From contig NIVC01000666.1 of the NCBI GenBank assembly GCA_002269645.1, forward strand, positions 310,001 through 374,000: a DNA stretch of 64,000 nt, read 5' to 3'. The stretch comes from Macrostomum lignano. Taxonomy: Eukaryota. The notes under the pieces were generated by a model. It did no database searches, had not been told where the DNA came from, and saw only the letters and a list, made by a program, of their open reading frames with translations. The position numbers were made by a program, and so were the translations under genes. Position 1 is the first letter of the stretch, and every line of letters begins with the position of its first letter. Of the stretch, positions 10,001 to 21,400 are shown piece after piece.

Positions 10001-13000
10001 CAGCAGTTGCTGGAGGTTCCTCCTGGCTGGTCGATCGTCGGTCAGTGGCCCCGACTGAGTGCTGACTTGCTGTACACTGTGTTGGAGTTCTTCGTGCGAG
10101 TCAACAGTAGAGCGAGTGCATACCAGAAGCGCGACATCGGCCTGAGCATCCAGCATCTCATGCACGAGAAGAACTTCCAGCTCGATCGAGGCGCCTGTCG
10201 CCAGCTGTTCACAGAGGCAGCGAGCAAAAGTTACTCAGCAGACAAAGTGAGTACACTCAAGACGTTCTGCGAGATGGTTGGTCAGCTGGTTCCAGACAGA
10301 TGCTACCTCACCATGCAGCTGTGCCAGCAGTTCTACGACACTCACTTTTCTGGCAAAGATGCTTTCGAGCTGGCCAAGCTGATGTGCCGGAGGTTCCTGC
10401 CAGTGAGAAACTCCGACCTGAGCTGGCACGAGCTGTCAGCCACCTTGAGTAAGGAGGAGGTGTTGAGCTCGACCGACATGGGCGAGACAATCCGGCTGCT
10501 TCCGCCAATGCGAACTCATGCTCCGTACGACTCGGTGGCCGATTATCTCGAGACGAACCTGAAGCTGCTGCGTGCGGACTGCTTCGAGAAGCTGAGATCC
10601 GGCATCCGGCAGTTCATTGGCGGCAAGTTGAATCGCCGAGACATGACAGTCTACCATCAAGTCGAGCTCAGAGGCATCGATATTACTCAAAAAGAGTTGT
10701 CCTTAGTGCTCAAGATCGAGCCGTTCAATAGGGTGGTGAAGGACTGGGAGAAGTCTCCGTTGCTGATGTTCGGAAATTTGCTCTGCTTGTCGTTTGACGA
10801 AACTTTCACAGAGTTTGTTTGCGTGACGGTGAGTAACAGGGACTCCGGTCTGCTGAACCAGTTTGGTCTGATCTTTGTCGAGCCGATATTCGAATCGGGC
10901 AGCATCGAGCTGTGTGATCTGCTACGACGGCTTCGACTTCAGAAGTCGAGTCTGTGGTTGGCCGAGTCTCCGACCTACTTCCAAGCTTACCGGCACGTGC
11001 TGGCAAACGTGCAGGCTCTGAACGGCAAGACGTTGCCACTGGAGAAGGAGCTGGTGTCGTGCACTTTCGATTCAATACAACTGGAAGAATCAGACAGTGA
11101 AGATGAGTCTGCAGAGTCAGATATGATGGCTTATTCGGGAGAATCTTTAACCTCTAGATGGCCTCACTCAGGTATTCTACGATCGAGGCTTTCATACGTT
11201 CAATGTGAGAAAAGTGCGATTAAATTATTTCAAGACGAGATCTGCAAAGGGTTGGATGGGTCGCAAACGCAAGCGTTTAGAAACTGTACTCAGCGAAAAA
11301 TCTCCGTCATCCAGGGACCGCCAGGCTGTGGAAAGACCTACGTTGGTACACACCTCGTGAGGTACCTAACAGCGCAGGAGACCAAGAGACACAGGAATGG
11401 TCCCGTTCTGTTGGTCACCTACAAGAACAACGCTTTAGACGAGTTCATTCGTAAGATTCTCACGCAGCAAAGTTCGAAAATCGATTTGATTCGCTTTGGT
11501 GGTCGTTCAAAGAAGACTGAGCTAACCAAAGATTTAGACATCCGCTCCAGGAGAGACACCGTGCAGGACAGGGACTCCAGGGAGCAGTGGCGTCTGGTTG
11601 AAGAAGCCAAAGAAGCTCTGTTGAAACACCTTAACTCATTATTTGGCAATGAAAACACGGTATTCAATGAGAATCTCCTGCTTGTATACTGGACTGAAGA
11701 CTTGCAAAGTAGATTCTGGAAGCAATTTCTTCAGCAATCAGCTGCTGCCAGGCATCGACATTCGCAGGTAGGGCGCACAAATCAGTTGGATAAACTGCGA
11801 GTTGCTGTGCGGCAGTGGATTCCACAGCAACCTGTGATTGATAAATTTATGCCGACTTTGCTTCAGGCGCTACAGACGAAAGATGCTACCCCAAAGAGTA
11901 ACACAACAAACAAGACTGAGGAAGAGGCAGAATAGGATGAACTCAACGACGAACAGGAACAGATAAAGACAGAGCGGCTTCTGGCTTCAGGAGGAGACAG
12001 TCGAACCACCTTCAGCCTGAACTTGAGTCAGCAAGAACCCAGCCCCGTGAGACTGGACCAACGACTGATTCGAATCGTCTCAGAGAAATGGCATACGTTG
12101 CGCTACACCCAGAATCTGTGGGAACTCAGGCCCGAAGACCGATTCCTGTTCATGCAGGGTTGCTTGTTGGACCACTTTGACAAAGCTTGGACGAGACACA
12201 GCTCCAAACTGAACTTTTTGTTCAGACAGTATGAACGACATCGAGACGAGTACAAGGAAGCTAACCTGAACAGAGATGTCAAGATCTGTCAAGACGTCGA
12301 CGTGATTGCGATGACCATCACGGGTGCTTCAATCAATAACGAGTTGCTGAAGAAGCTCAGACCGAACACAGTTATTGTGGAGGAAGCGGCGGAGATCATG
12401 GAGCCAATGCTTCTTGGCTGTCTTGGCGACTGGACGGAGCGACTCTTCCTGATCGGTGATCACAAGCAGCTTCGGCCGACCGTCGAGAACTATGAGCTAG
12501 TGAAGCACTGCCACCTGGATGTCTCGATGATGGAGAGACTGATCAACTGCGGTTTTCCGTTTGACTGTCTTCAGTTTCAGAACCGAATGCGACCTGACAT
12601 TTCCAAGTACCTGAAACTCGACGTCTATCCGGACCTGCAGGACAACATAGACAGCGTGAAGGGTCACGACATTCCATCGTTCATGCCGAAGGCCGTTGCA
12701 TTCTGGGACGTAGAGAACATGTCGGAGTCAGGCGAGCGAAGCTACGTTAACAACGGCGAGGCAGAGCTGATCGTTGAAGTAGCGATGACGTTCCTGAGGT
12801 TCGGGTACAAGCCAAGCCAGCTCACCATCCTCACTCCGTATCAGGGCCAGGTGCGGCTCATCCGACAGAAACTGCGACCACGTTTGGAGGATTGGGAGAG
12901 AGACGTTTCAAATCGTTCAGCTGCACTTGCGGATGAGGCTAACGAAGGCTTCATCAAAGTGCACAGCATCGATGTGTACCAAGGCGACGAGAACGACATT

Positions 13001-14845
13001 GTCCTTGTGTCGCTGGTTCGCAGCGAGAAGCCCGGATTCCTTGCATCGCTCAACCGCCGATGTGTTGCACAATCGCGGTCGCGCTGCGGTCTGATCTTCA
13101 TCGGCAAAGCTTCATTGCTGAGAAAGTGCGCCGAGTGGAGCCAGCTGCTGACCGCTTTCGATGAGGACGGCGTTCTGCGATCCGACTTTCAGGTGGTGTG
13201 CCGGAAGCACGGAACAGAGCACAGCTGGAGAAGTGCAGCCGAATTGTCTAGAATGAAGGGAGTCTTCTGCAGAAGTAAGTGCGTGGAAACCATGACATGT
13301 GGTGAACACGTCTGTCCGAAGCTGTGCCAGCCTTGGCATGAGCATGATCGGTGCGACAAAATGGTCATTGTGAAGCTGCCGTGCTCACACACCACAAAAA
13401 TCCAGTGCTTCTTGTCATCAGACCCTAGGCACTTGAAATGCGAAGAAAAGTGCATTCGCATGCTGAGTTGTGGTCATCCTTGTCCGCTCAAGTGCTCAGA
13501 AATATGTGATTCGAAGCACTGCACCCAGAATATCGAAGCTCAGCTGAGCTGCGGCCACGTCCAATCCAAGCTGTGCAACCAGCCGTTTGGAACATGCCAA
13601 GAATCTGTTGCAAAGACTCTGCCGTGTGGACACGTGAAGCAAATGCTGTGCTTTGAGTGGAAGAAAGTAATACGAAATACGAAAATAATACAAAGTAATA
13701 CGAAAAATACGAAATACAAAATCGTAAAGTGCACAGAAACGTGCTCCAAGAAGCTGCCGTGTGGCCACCAATGCACACAGAAGTGTTTCGAGACTTGCTC
13801 TCCTCAGCTGTGCATCGTGAACGTTTCCAAACGGTGCCTCGCATGCAAAGAGCAATTTGGGAGTCCGTGTGGGAAGAATCAAACTCATTGTGACCGAATT
13901 AGGACTGTGAAGCTCTCGTGCGGTCACGCGCTCAGAACTCCGTGCAGCCAATCTTCCACAGCGTCGCTGGCTGCGTGTAAGAGACCATGCGAGAAGACGC
14001 TGCCGTGTGGACACAAATGCCAGTCTGTGTGCTCAACCTCGCCCTGTCCTCCATGTCCGGAGAAGGCATTTAGGAAACTCTGTCGCCATGAGTGTCAGTG
14101 CTGGGAGCTTTCTGAAGAATGTCTCACCGATGTGACCAAGAAGTTTCAGTGCGGTCACGAAGAGACAGTTGCTTGCTGCGCTCTTGCCAGACTGCTTGAG
14201 GGTCAGTCGTGCTCTGCCTGTTGGGGTTTGGAGAAGCAGATGAGGCTGCGCCAGCTGCAGTCAGCTCATGGAAGCGAAATCAAGCGAAAAATGCTGACGG
14301 AGACCGACGAGAACACGGCAGTCGAATACTTCAAAGTGCACGATCGGGTGATGCGGTACATCAAGAGTGAGCACTCAGTCACGGTGAGAGCAATTCTGAG
14401 CATCGAGAAGATTGAGAACCCAGCTCTAGACCGACGTCTTCTGGATGTGAGCAGCCAGCTGGTCAAGAAGGACGCCGTTCCAGAGCTGTTCTTCCATGGA
14501 ACCAGAAACGCAATCGCCGAGCTCATCATCAAAGAAGGATTCAAGGTGGGCTCAAGTGGAATGTACGGTGCAGGGATCTACTTTGCCACGGACACCACGA
14601 AGAGTATTCAGTACTGTCGCGAGTCCGGAACAATGTCGCTTCTGCTCTGCGACGTCCTACTTGGGAGAACGATGGTGTGCGACAAGCCGCAGAACCACCT
14701 GAACCTGAGTGCCGTCAATGGTGCCGACTACGACTCGGTGTTCGCCAGACGGAACACGAAGGGCACAGGAGGAGTGCTGAACGATGAGTACATTGTGTAC
14801 CGTCCGGAGCAGGCGGCGCCGAGGTACCTCATCCGGTTTCAGTAG
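7100..14845 (+). CDS. znfx1: ZNFX1-family SF1 (UPF1-like) helicase with N-terminal cold-shock-like folds and a C-terminal PARP-type ART domain (~1880 aa); this copy has 1 frameshift and 1 internal stop
   Basis: Proposed exons 7100-7178 (CACCATGG), 8242-8358, 9111-9179 and 9472-14845, all joined by phase-1 GT-AG introns. ZNFX1 signatures: YLETNLKLLRADCFEKLRSGI, LMFGNLLCLS, Walker A IQGPPGCGKT (~11310-11340), IVEEAAE, LIGDHKQLRP, QFQNRMRPDI, YQGDEND, and many CGHxC..C NF-X1 fingers (13270-14230). Frameshift at ~9849-9851; in-frame TAG at 11933-11935. Confidence 0.9.
7495..8172 (-). mobile_element. Older copy of the same SINE family, split by the younger copy (pieces ~7495-7654 and 8026-8172)
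   Basis: The reverse complements of both pieces match the 3' and 5' parts of the 7655-8025 element and join at the duplicated 12-mer. Confidence 0.8.
7655..8025 (+). mobile_element. Full-length tRNA-derived SINE (~370 bp) with A-rich tail and 12-bp TSD
   Basis: A box TAGCCCAGCGG (7668-7678), B box GGCTCGATTCC (7711-7721), tail AAATAAAAAAACAAA, TSD ACACTTCATTCT at 7643-7654 and 8026-8037. Confidence 0.85.
8597..8810 (+). mobile_element. tRNA-derived SINE of a second family with a conserved V/Deu-type central core
   Basis: A box TAGCCTATAGTGG, B box GGTTCGATTCC, core CCTTGAGTAAGACACTT...CACCCAGCTGTAAAATGGG. 3' end uncertain. Confidence 0.65.
9472..9925 (+). other. Two tandem cold-shock/OB-fold-like domains at the ZNFX1 N-terminus
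   Basis: YLVHISPGRCGYVTYE..AIFGHHW..LKLGDRLQYRIEKNGTKDVARDI, then KGTIT...KLYFSGWDPS/GDQVTCTPREAKPGQKPTMDMRL across the frameshift. Both fit the CSD pattern G.I....IF.H...L..GD.V.F.......A.NV. Confidence 0.6.
14280..14845 (+). other. PARP-type ADP-ribosyltransferase catalytic domain (H-Y-E)
   Basis: LFFHGT (His 14495-14497), GMYGAGIYFA (Tyr 14579-14581), LLLCDVLLG, DSV, NDEYIVY (Glu 14786-14788), PRYLIRF. Confidence 0.9.
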
Positions 14846-15739
14846 GGACTGCGTTTGGGAAGGCTGGAATCTCTCTGGTGAACCTGCTGCCTAATCACCT
14901 GGTCACCTAATTCAATCGCCTGCCTAATCAGCTAATTGCCTGGCGTGTCTAATAATTGAATTTTTTCATCATCCGACTAGCCCTAGTTCTTCTTCCTAGC
15001 TAATTGTAACTTTTTGACTTTTTTCCTGTTAAAATCTTTTTCAAGTTTGTAAAGTCGTTAAATAATGTCAATAAATGCTATTAATTAAAATAGGTAATTT
15101 TTAAGTCTGTTTCAATCTAAAAATCTACCACTTTCCAGTGGGAAGTTCTGCTATTGATAATGTAATAATATCTCGCATTCTCGCAAGCATCCGTATGTCT
15201 TTTTCAGAGTTTGTTGCATGTGGCTCGTACTTGCATTATTTTATGCAATAAATTCGGAATTCAGGTCAGACCACAGATACTGGAATAGCTACTCAGCACA
15301 TTTGCGTTCAAGCTACTGTCAGTTCAGTAGTAAGTTAAACAAGGGCATTGGTTGTTGAAGACAAGGCTAATCTAAATGAAATCTATTTTACTTAGTATTG
15401 TAGGCCTGAATGGCCGCATCTAGTTATTTTAGTATCTGTGGCTGACTTCCACCCTTTAGCCCTATTCGAGTGGCTCTAACCATTTGTAGTAGTCTTTATA
15501 TAGTATTGAGTAGTTGAATAATTACTTACAAGTAATCATCCTACGACCTTTTTGCGAATTGTATCATGATTCATATCCTTAAGCAAGCCAAGCTGTTTCC
15601 ATCAATAATAAACTGACCTGTTAATCGTCCAGTTTTTGAAAACTCTAAATTACAGGTTTTAGAAACTCGCTTAAAATGTTTATATCTTTTTACGCGGTCG
15701 GAAATGCAAAATAGATTTCTACAATAGTTAAATGTGCTG

Positions 15740-17370
15740 TCTGAAATGACATGATGCTGTAGCTGAAATGAAATGATGCTGTAGCTGAAATGACATGATG
15801 CTTTAGCTGAAATGCATGATGCTGTAGCAGAAATGACATGATGCTATAGCTGAAATGCATGATGCTGTAGCAGAAATGACATGATGCTATAGCTGAAATG
15901 ACATGATGCTGTAGCTGAAATGACATGATGCTGCATCTGAAATACATGATGCTATAGCTGAAAAGATGAGATACTGCAGCTGAAATGCATGATGCTTTAA
16001 CTAAAATGACATGATGCTGTTGCTGAAATACATGCTGTAGCTGAAGTGACATGATGCTGTAGCTGAAATGACATGATGCTTTAGCTGAAATGCATGATGC
16101 TGTAGCAGAAATGACATGATGCTATAGCTGAAATGAATGATGCTGTAGCAGAAATGACATGATGCTATAGCTGAAATGACATGATGCTGTAGCTGAAATG
16201 ACATGATGCTGCAGCTGAAATACATGATGCTATAGCTGAAAAGATGAGATACTGCAGCTGAAATGCATGATGCTTTAACTAAAATGACATGATGCTGTTG
16301 CTGAAATACATGCTGTAGCTGAAGTGACATGATGCTGTAGCGAAAAAGACATGATGCTGTAGCTGAAATGCACGATGCTGTAGCTGAAATGACATGATGC
16401 TGCTGCTGAAATACATGATGCTGTAGCTGAAATACATGATGCTGTAGCTGAAATGACATGATGCTGCTGCTGAAATACATGATGCTGTAGCTGAAATGAC
16501 ATGAAGCTGCAGCTGAAATACATGATGCTGTAGCTGAAATGACATGAAGCTGCAGCTGAAATACATGATGCTGTAGCTGAAATACATGATGCTGTAGCTG
16601 AAATACATGATGCTGTAGCTGAAATGACATGATGCTGCTGCTGAAATACATGATGCTGTAGCTGAAATGACATGAAGCTGCAGCTGAAATACATGATGCT
16701 GTAGCTGAAATGACATGATGCTGCAGCTGAAATACATGATGCTGTAGCTGAAATACATGATGCTGTAGCTGAAATGACATGATGCTGCAGCTGAAATACA
16801 TGATGCTGCAGCTAAAATACATGATGCTGCAGCTGAAATGACATGATGCTGTAGCTGAAGTGACATGATGCTGTAGCTGAAGTGGCATGATGCTGTAGCT
16901 GAAGTGACATGATTCTGTAGCTGAAATACATGATGCTGTAGCTGAAGTGACATGATGCTGTAGCTGAAATACATGATGCTGTAGCTGAAGTGACATGATG
17001 CTGCAGCTGAAATACATGATGCTGTTGCTGAAATACATGATGCTGCAGCTGAAATACATGATGCTGCAGCTAAAATACATGATGCTGTAGCTGAAATGAC
17101 ATGATGCTGTAGCTGAAGTGACATGATGCTGTAGCTGAAGTGACATGATGCTGTAGCTGAAATACATGATGCTGTAGCTGAAATACATGATGCTGTAGGC
17201 TGTAGCTGAAAAACATGATGCTGTTGCTGAAATACATGATTCTGTTGCTGAAATACATGATGCTGTTGCTGAAATGACATGATGCTATAGCTGAAATACA
17301 TGAGGCTGTAGCTGAAGTGACATGATGCTGTAGCTGAAGTGACATTATGCTGTAGCTGAAAGGCATGATG
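15740..17370. repeat. 21/22-bp satellite (GCTGTAGCTGAAAT[G]ACATGAT)n
   Basis: Dozens of tandem units; source of the spurious MYFSYSIM/QLQHHV ORFs. Confidence 0.95.
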
Positions 17371-17929
17371 CTGTTGCTGAGAAGAATGAAATACAAGTAG
17401 AAAGTCAATCAGTTTTTACTCACAGAGACAATTTTTGTTAAAACGTTTAAAAGCAAGCGCAAAGCATGTGCGCTCACAGCAAACTGTTTATTGAGACACA
17501 ACACTCAGGACAGGATCAAGTGATAATTTGAATTAATTATTTGCAGCGGATCAGGTGGTACTCGTAGCAATTAACTTGGATTACGAGGCCATAAGGATGT
17601 TAAAACGACAAGGATAAAATTGCATTATTATTACTATTAGTAGAACATCGCAGAGATACATTCAGTAAGCGGGGGCAAACGCAGGAAACACGCAGATGAA
17701 GCGAAACAGAAGACAAATGCAAAATTCATTCACACATTTTGTATTGTTTATAGCCAAGTTCATTGGGCGAAGTGTTTGAAAACGATTCTAACTCAGACAA
17801 CGGACGCTGTTTCTATTATTTAAAAAAGCAGAATGTCACATAAACATTAAGCCGACACCAAGTTACTGCCAGTCACAGGGCGAATGGCGAAACACGACCG
17901 CGCTATACTAGTAATCATAATTAGTGAGT

Positions 17930-18190
17930 TGAGCTGGGGCGATTCTCAAGGCCATTTCGGGGGGTCTCAAGGTCATCGAGGCGATTCTCAAGGCCATTGC
18001 GGGGGGATTCTCGATGTCATTGGAGCGATTCTCAAGGCCATTGGGGGGCGATTCTCAAGGTCATTGGGGGCGATGTGATTTTAAGGCCGTTAGGGGCGAC
18101 TCTCAATACCATTAGGGTGATTCTCAAGGCCATTGGGGGCGATTCTCAAGGCCATTAAGGGCGATTCTCAAGGCCATTGGGGGCGATGGG
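17930..18190. repeat. ~22-bp degenerate minisatellite (GGGGGCGATTCTCAAGGCCATT)
   Basis: Repeated GCGATTCTCAAGGCCATT core. Confidence 0.85.
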
Positions 18191-18409
18191 GACCGTTCAG
18201 TTTTGCCCAGGATTTTATCAGATTGCGGATATTTTTAGCGATTTTTTCGATAAGATTAAGCAACGGAAAATTAAAACAAGCACAAATCACACCTGGCAAA
18301 ATTGAAATTGTCAATTGCTACACTGCAGGTGTTAAACAAGCACAGCTGCAGTCATATCATAGTTACACTCGAGCTACTCGCATCTCGCAGAGCCTCAATC
18401 ATAGCCGCC

Positions 18410-21400
18410 TCAGGCAGACTTCACAGCGATGCCGTTGCTGTTAGCGTGGGCGGCTCGCGCTACGGGTGGCTCCTCGCCGATGACCGGCTGCGGCGGCTTC
18501 TTGGCGCCCGGCAGCAGTTTGAACGGCCGGCGGCCGGCCCGCTTCAGCTGGGCGCCAGTCAGGTGCGCCCGGAATCGCTTCGTATCGAACAGCAGAATCT
18601 CCTCGGCGGCGGCGGCTGCAGCTCCGGCCGAGTCGAGCTTCGTCGGCCTGGCCTCGCCGTTTCCGTTGCCGTTGGCATCCAGGCGCTGTACCTTGGCGGC
18701 GGATGAGAAGCCGCAGTTCTGCTGCGGCTCCGGCTGGCTGCGCTTGCGGGCGGTTGCCGCTGAAGGCATCAGCGAATTGCCGTTGGCGGCCGGAGCAGCC
18801 GGTGACGGAGCTGCGGCGGCGGCGGCGGCCCTGCGCTCGTCCAGCTGCAGAAAGAACTCGGCCAGCTGAGCCGAGCTGACCGGAGCAAACGCGCGGCGCT
18901 TCGTTGCCGCGTCCTCCCCGGCGGCTCTCGACCTGGGCTCGAGCAGGATGTCCGGCTTCGCGTCCGTGTCCAACGATGGACAGGCGATGCGCAGTCGGGC
19001 ATCGAGCTGTCCAGGAGGCAGCCGGTTGCATCGGCGCCGTCTCAGCTCGGCCCGCCTGGCGGCCGCCGCGTCGAGCAGCTGTTGAACACCCCGACCGTCG
19101 GCCTGGCAGCGCTTCGGCAGCTCCAGCAGCGCCGGCTTGGCGTCGAAGGCCGCGTTGAACGGGCGGCGGGCGAGTCGGCGCACGCGCAGCAGGTCGGAGC
19201 AGAGCAGACTGGCCAGCTGGGCGGTGGCATTGGCCCGCATCAGCATGCTCTTCACCGCCTTCACCTTGCCCGCCTGCATGCTCTGCAGGCTGGCCTCGTC
19301 AAGGCCGTGCGCCGAGGCCGCGTGCCGCACCAGCTGCGGCCGCAGGCGGAACTCTTTGTCGCAGTCCACCACCGGGCAGCGGAACACCCGGCCGGAGCTG
19401 CCGGCGCCGCTAGCAGCTGACGGGGCCGGGCTGGGCGACTTCTCCGCTCGTGTTGGATTCTTCAATCCGCCGTATCGTTTCCAATAGTTCCAGCAGGATG
19501 AGCACAGGCGGCAGGACAGGTGCGGCGGGCCCCAGGCGAACCACTGACCGTTGGAGGTGGCAGTGCCGGAGCAGCTCTCGCAGCAGCGGCTGGAGCCCGG
19601 CAGCTCCGGCCGATTGTACAGCACGCCGGGATTGGGCTTCGTATAGTTGGGAATGTACACCTGGGGATGTAAGTTGGATTTCTTGCAGTTGGGAATGTAC
19701 ACCTGGGGATGGAAGTTGGGCTTCGTATAGTTGGGAATGTACATATGGGGATGGGGGTTTGGGCTTCGTGTAGTTGGGAATGTACATATGGGGATAGGGA
19801 TGGGCTTCGTGTAGTTGGGAATGTACATATGGGGATAGGGATGGGCTTCGTGTAGTTGGGAATGTACATATGGGGATAGGGATGGGCTTCGTGTAGTTGG
19901 GAATGTACATATGGGGATGGAAGTTGGGCTTCGTATAGTTGGGAATGTACATATGGGGATGGGGGTTTGGGCTTCGTGTAGTTGGGAATGTACATATGGG
20001 GATAGGGATGGGCTTCGTGTAGTTGGGAATGTACATATGGGGATAGGGATGGGCTTCGTGTAGTTGGGAATGTACCAGGTACATATGGGGATGGGGGTTT
20101 GGCTTCGTGTAGTTGGAAATGTACATATGGGGATAGGGCTTGGGCTTCGTGTAGTTGGGAATGTACACATACATGCGCAACCTCCAAAATTCGGTCGGCC
20201 ATGCGACTTAGTTTTAACAAAAATGCGACATAGTTTTTGGCCAAAAGTGCGACTTACATGTAAAAAAACCTAAAGCAAAATTAACGCAACTTTGGGTAAA
20301 CGGCAAGAGTAACTATGACTGTCTTATAAGGCCAAAATGCCTCGTCAGCTACTTAGTACTACTACTTGGGTTTTTGGGTGGGCATTTTTGCGACTTCCTT
20401 GGTTCACCACCAAATAGGTCGGCCGGATCGGCCGACTCGGCCGACTGTTGCGCATGTATGAATGTACATATGGGGATAGGGCTTGGGCTTCGTGCAGTTG
20501 GGAATGTACATATGGGGATAGGGATGGGCTTCGTGTAGTTGGGAATGTACATATGGGGATAGGGCTTGGGCTTCGTGTAGTTGGGAATGTACATATGGGG
20601 ATAGGGCTTGGGCTTCGTGTAGTTGGGAATGTACATATGGGGATAGGGCTTGGGCTTCGTGTAGTTGGGAATGTACATATGGGGATAGGGCTTGGGCTTC
20701 GTGCAGTTGGGAATGTACACCTGGGGATGGGCTTGGGCTTCGTGCAGTTGGGAATGTACACCTGGGGATGGGCATTGGGGTTCTTGCTGGGTAGAATTCA
20801 CGCCAAAAGATGAATAGAATTGGCGCCGACTGAATAGTTGAAGCATTTTAATGCCAAAAAACAAAAGTAAACAAACAAACCTGCTTCAGTTTCTTCTCAG
20901 CTTCCGAGGCCTTCAAGCGCTTCTGCTGCACGTATCTATCCGTGGTCTTCCACATGTAGAAGTACTCCACTATCGAGCGCATAGATTTCCAAGAAAGATA
21001 GTCGCGCCGAATTTCGTTAAAGTCCTTGCCGAACTTGTTCATGGCCTCCTCGAACAGGTTGCACTCGCTAGCTGACCAGTCCTCCAGCTGGTCGCGGCAC
21101 AGCACGGGCCCAGAGTCGGTCACCAGCCGGCAGAAGGCCCGGCCCAGATCGTACTTGGACGAGTGCAGCATTCGGTAGGCGTGGGCCTGGAAATGCCGAG
21201 TTTGAGGCGGTTTGATGCTGTTGTGCTGTAGAAGTCCTAAGGTCACTAACAAATACAGGGATGCTAATCTAAAACTACGAACTTACCAAGCCTCTTCTTC
21301 AAGTCTCGGATTCCGAATCCTAATTCCCTAATCCCAGATCCCGAATCAAAATCCCGAACCCCAGATCCCGAATCCCAATCCCTTAATCCCAGATCCCGAA

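Noticed and set aside
15690-17408. Cys/His/Gln-rich ORFs as repeat proteins
   Set aside because: All frames reproduce the 21/22-bp satellite period, and the opposite strand is full of TGA stops.
18302-19773. Overlapping + strand ORFs over the MTA last exon (similarly 35933-37439 over FERM and 48100-49007 over RAD21)
   Set aside because: Antisense shadows of GC-rich coding exons with no recognisable motifs.
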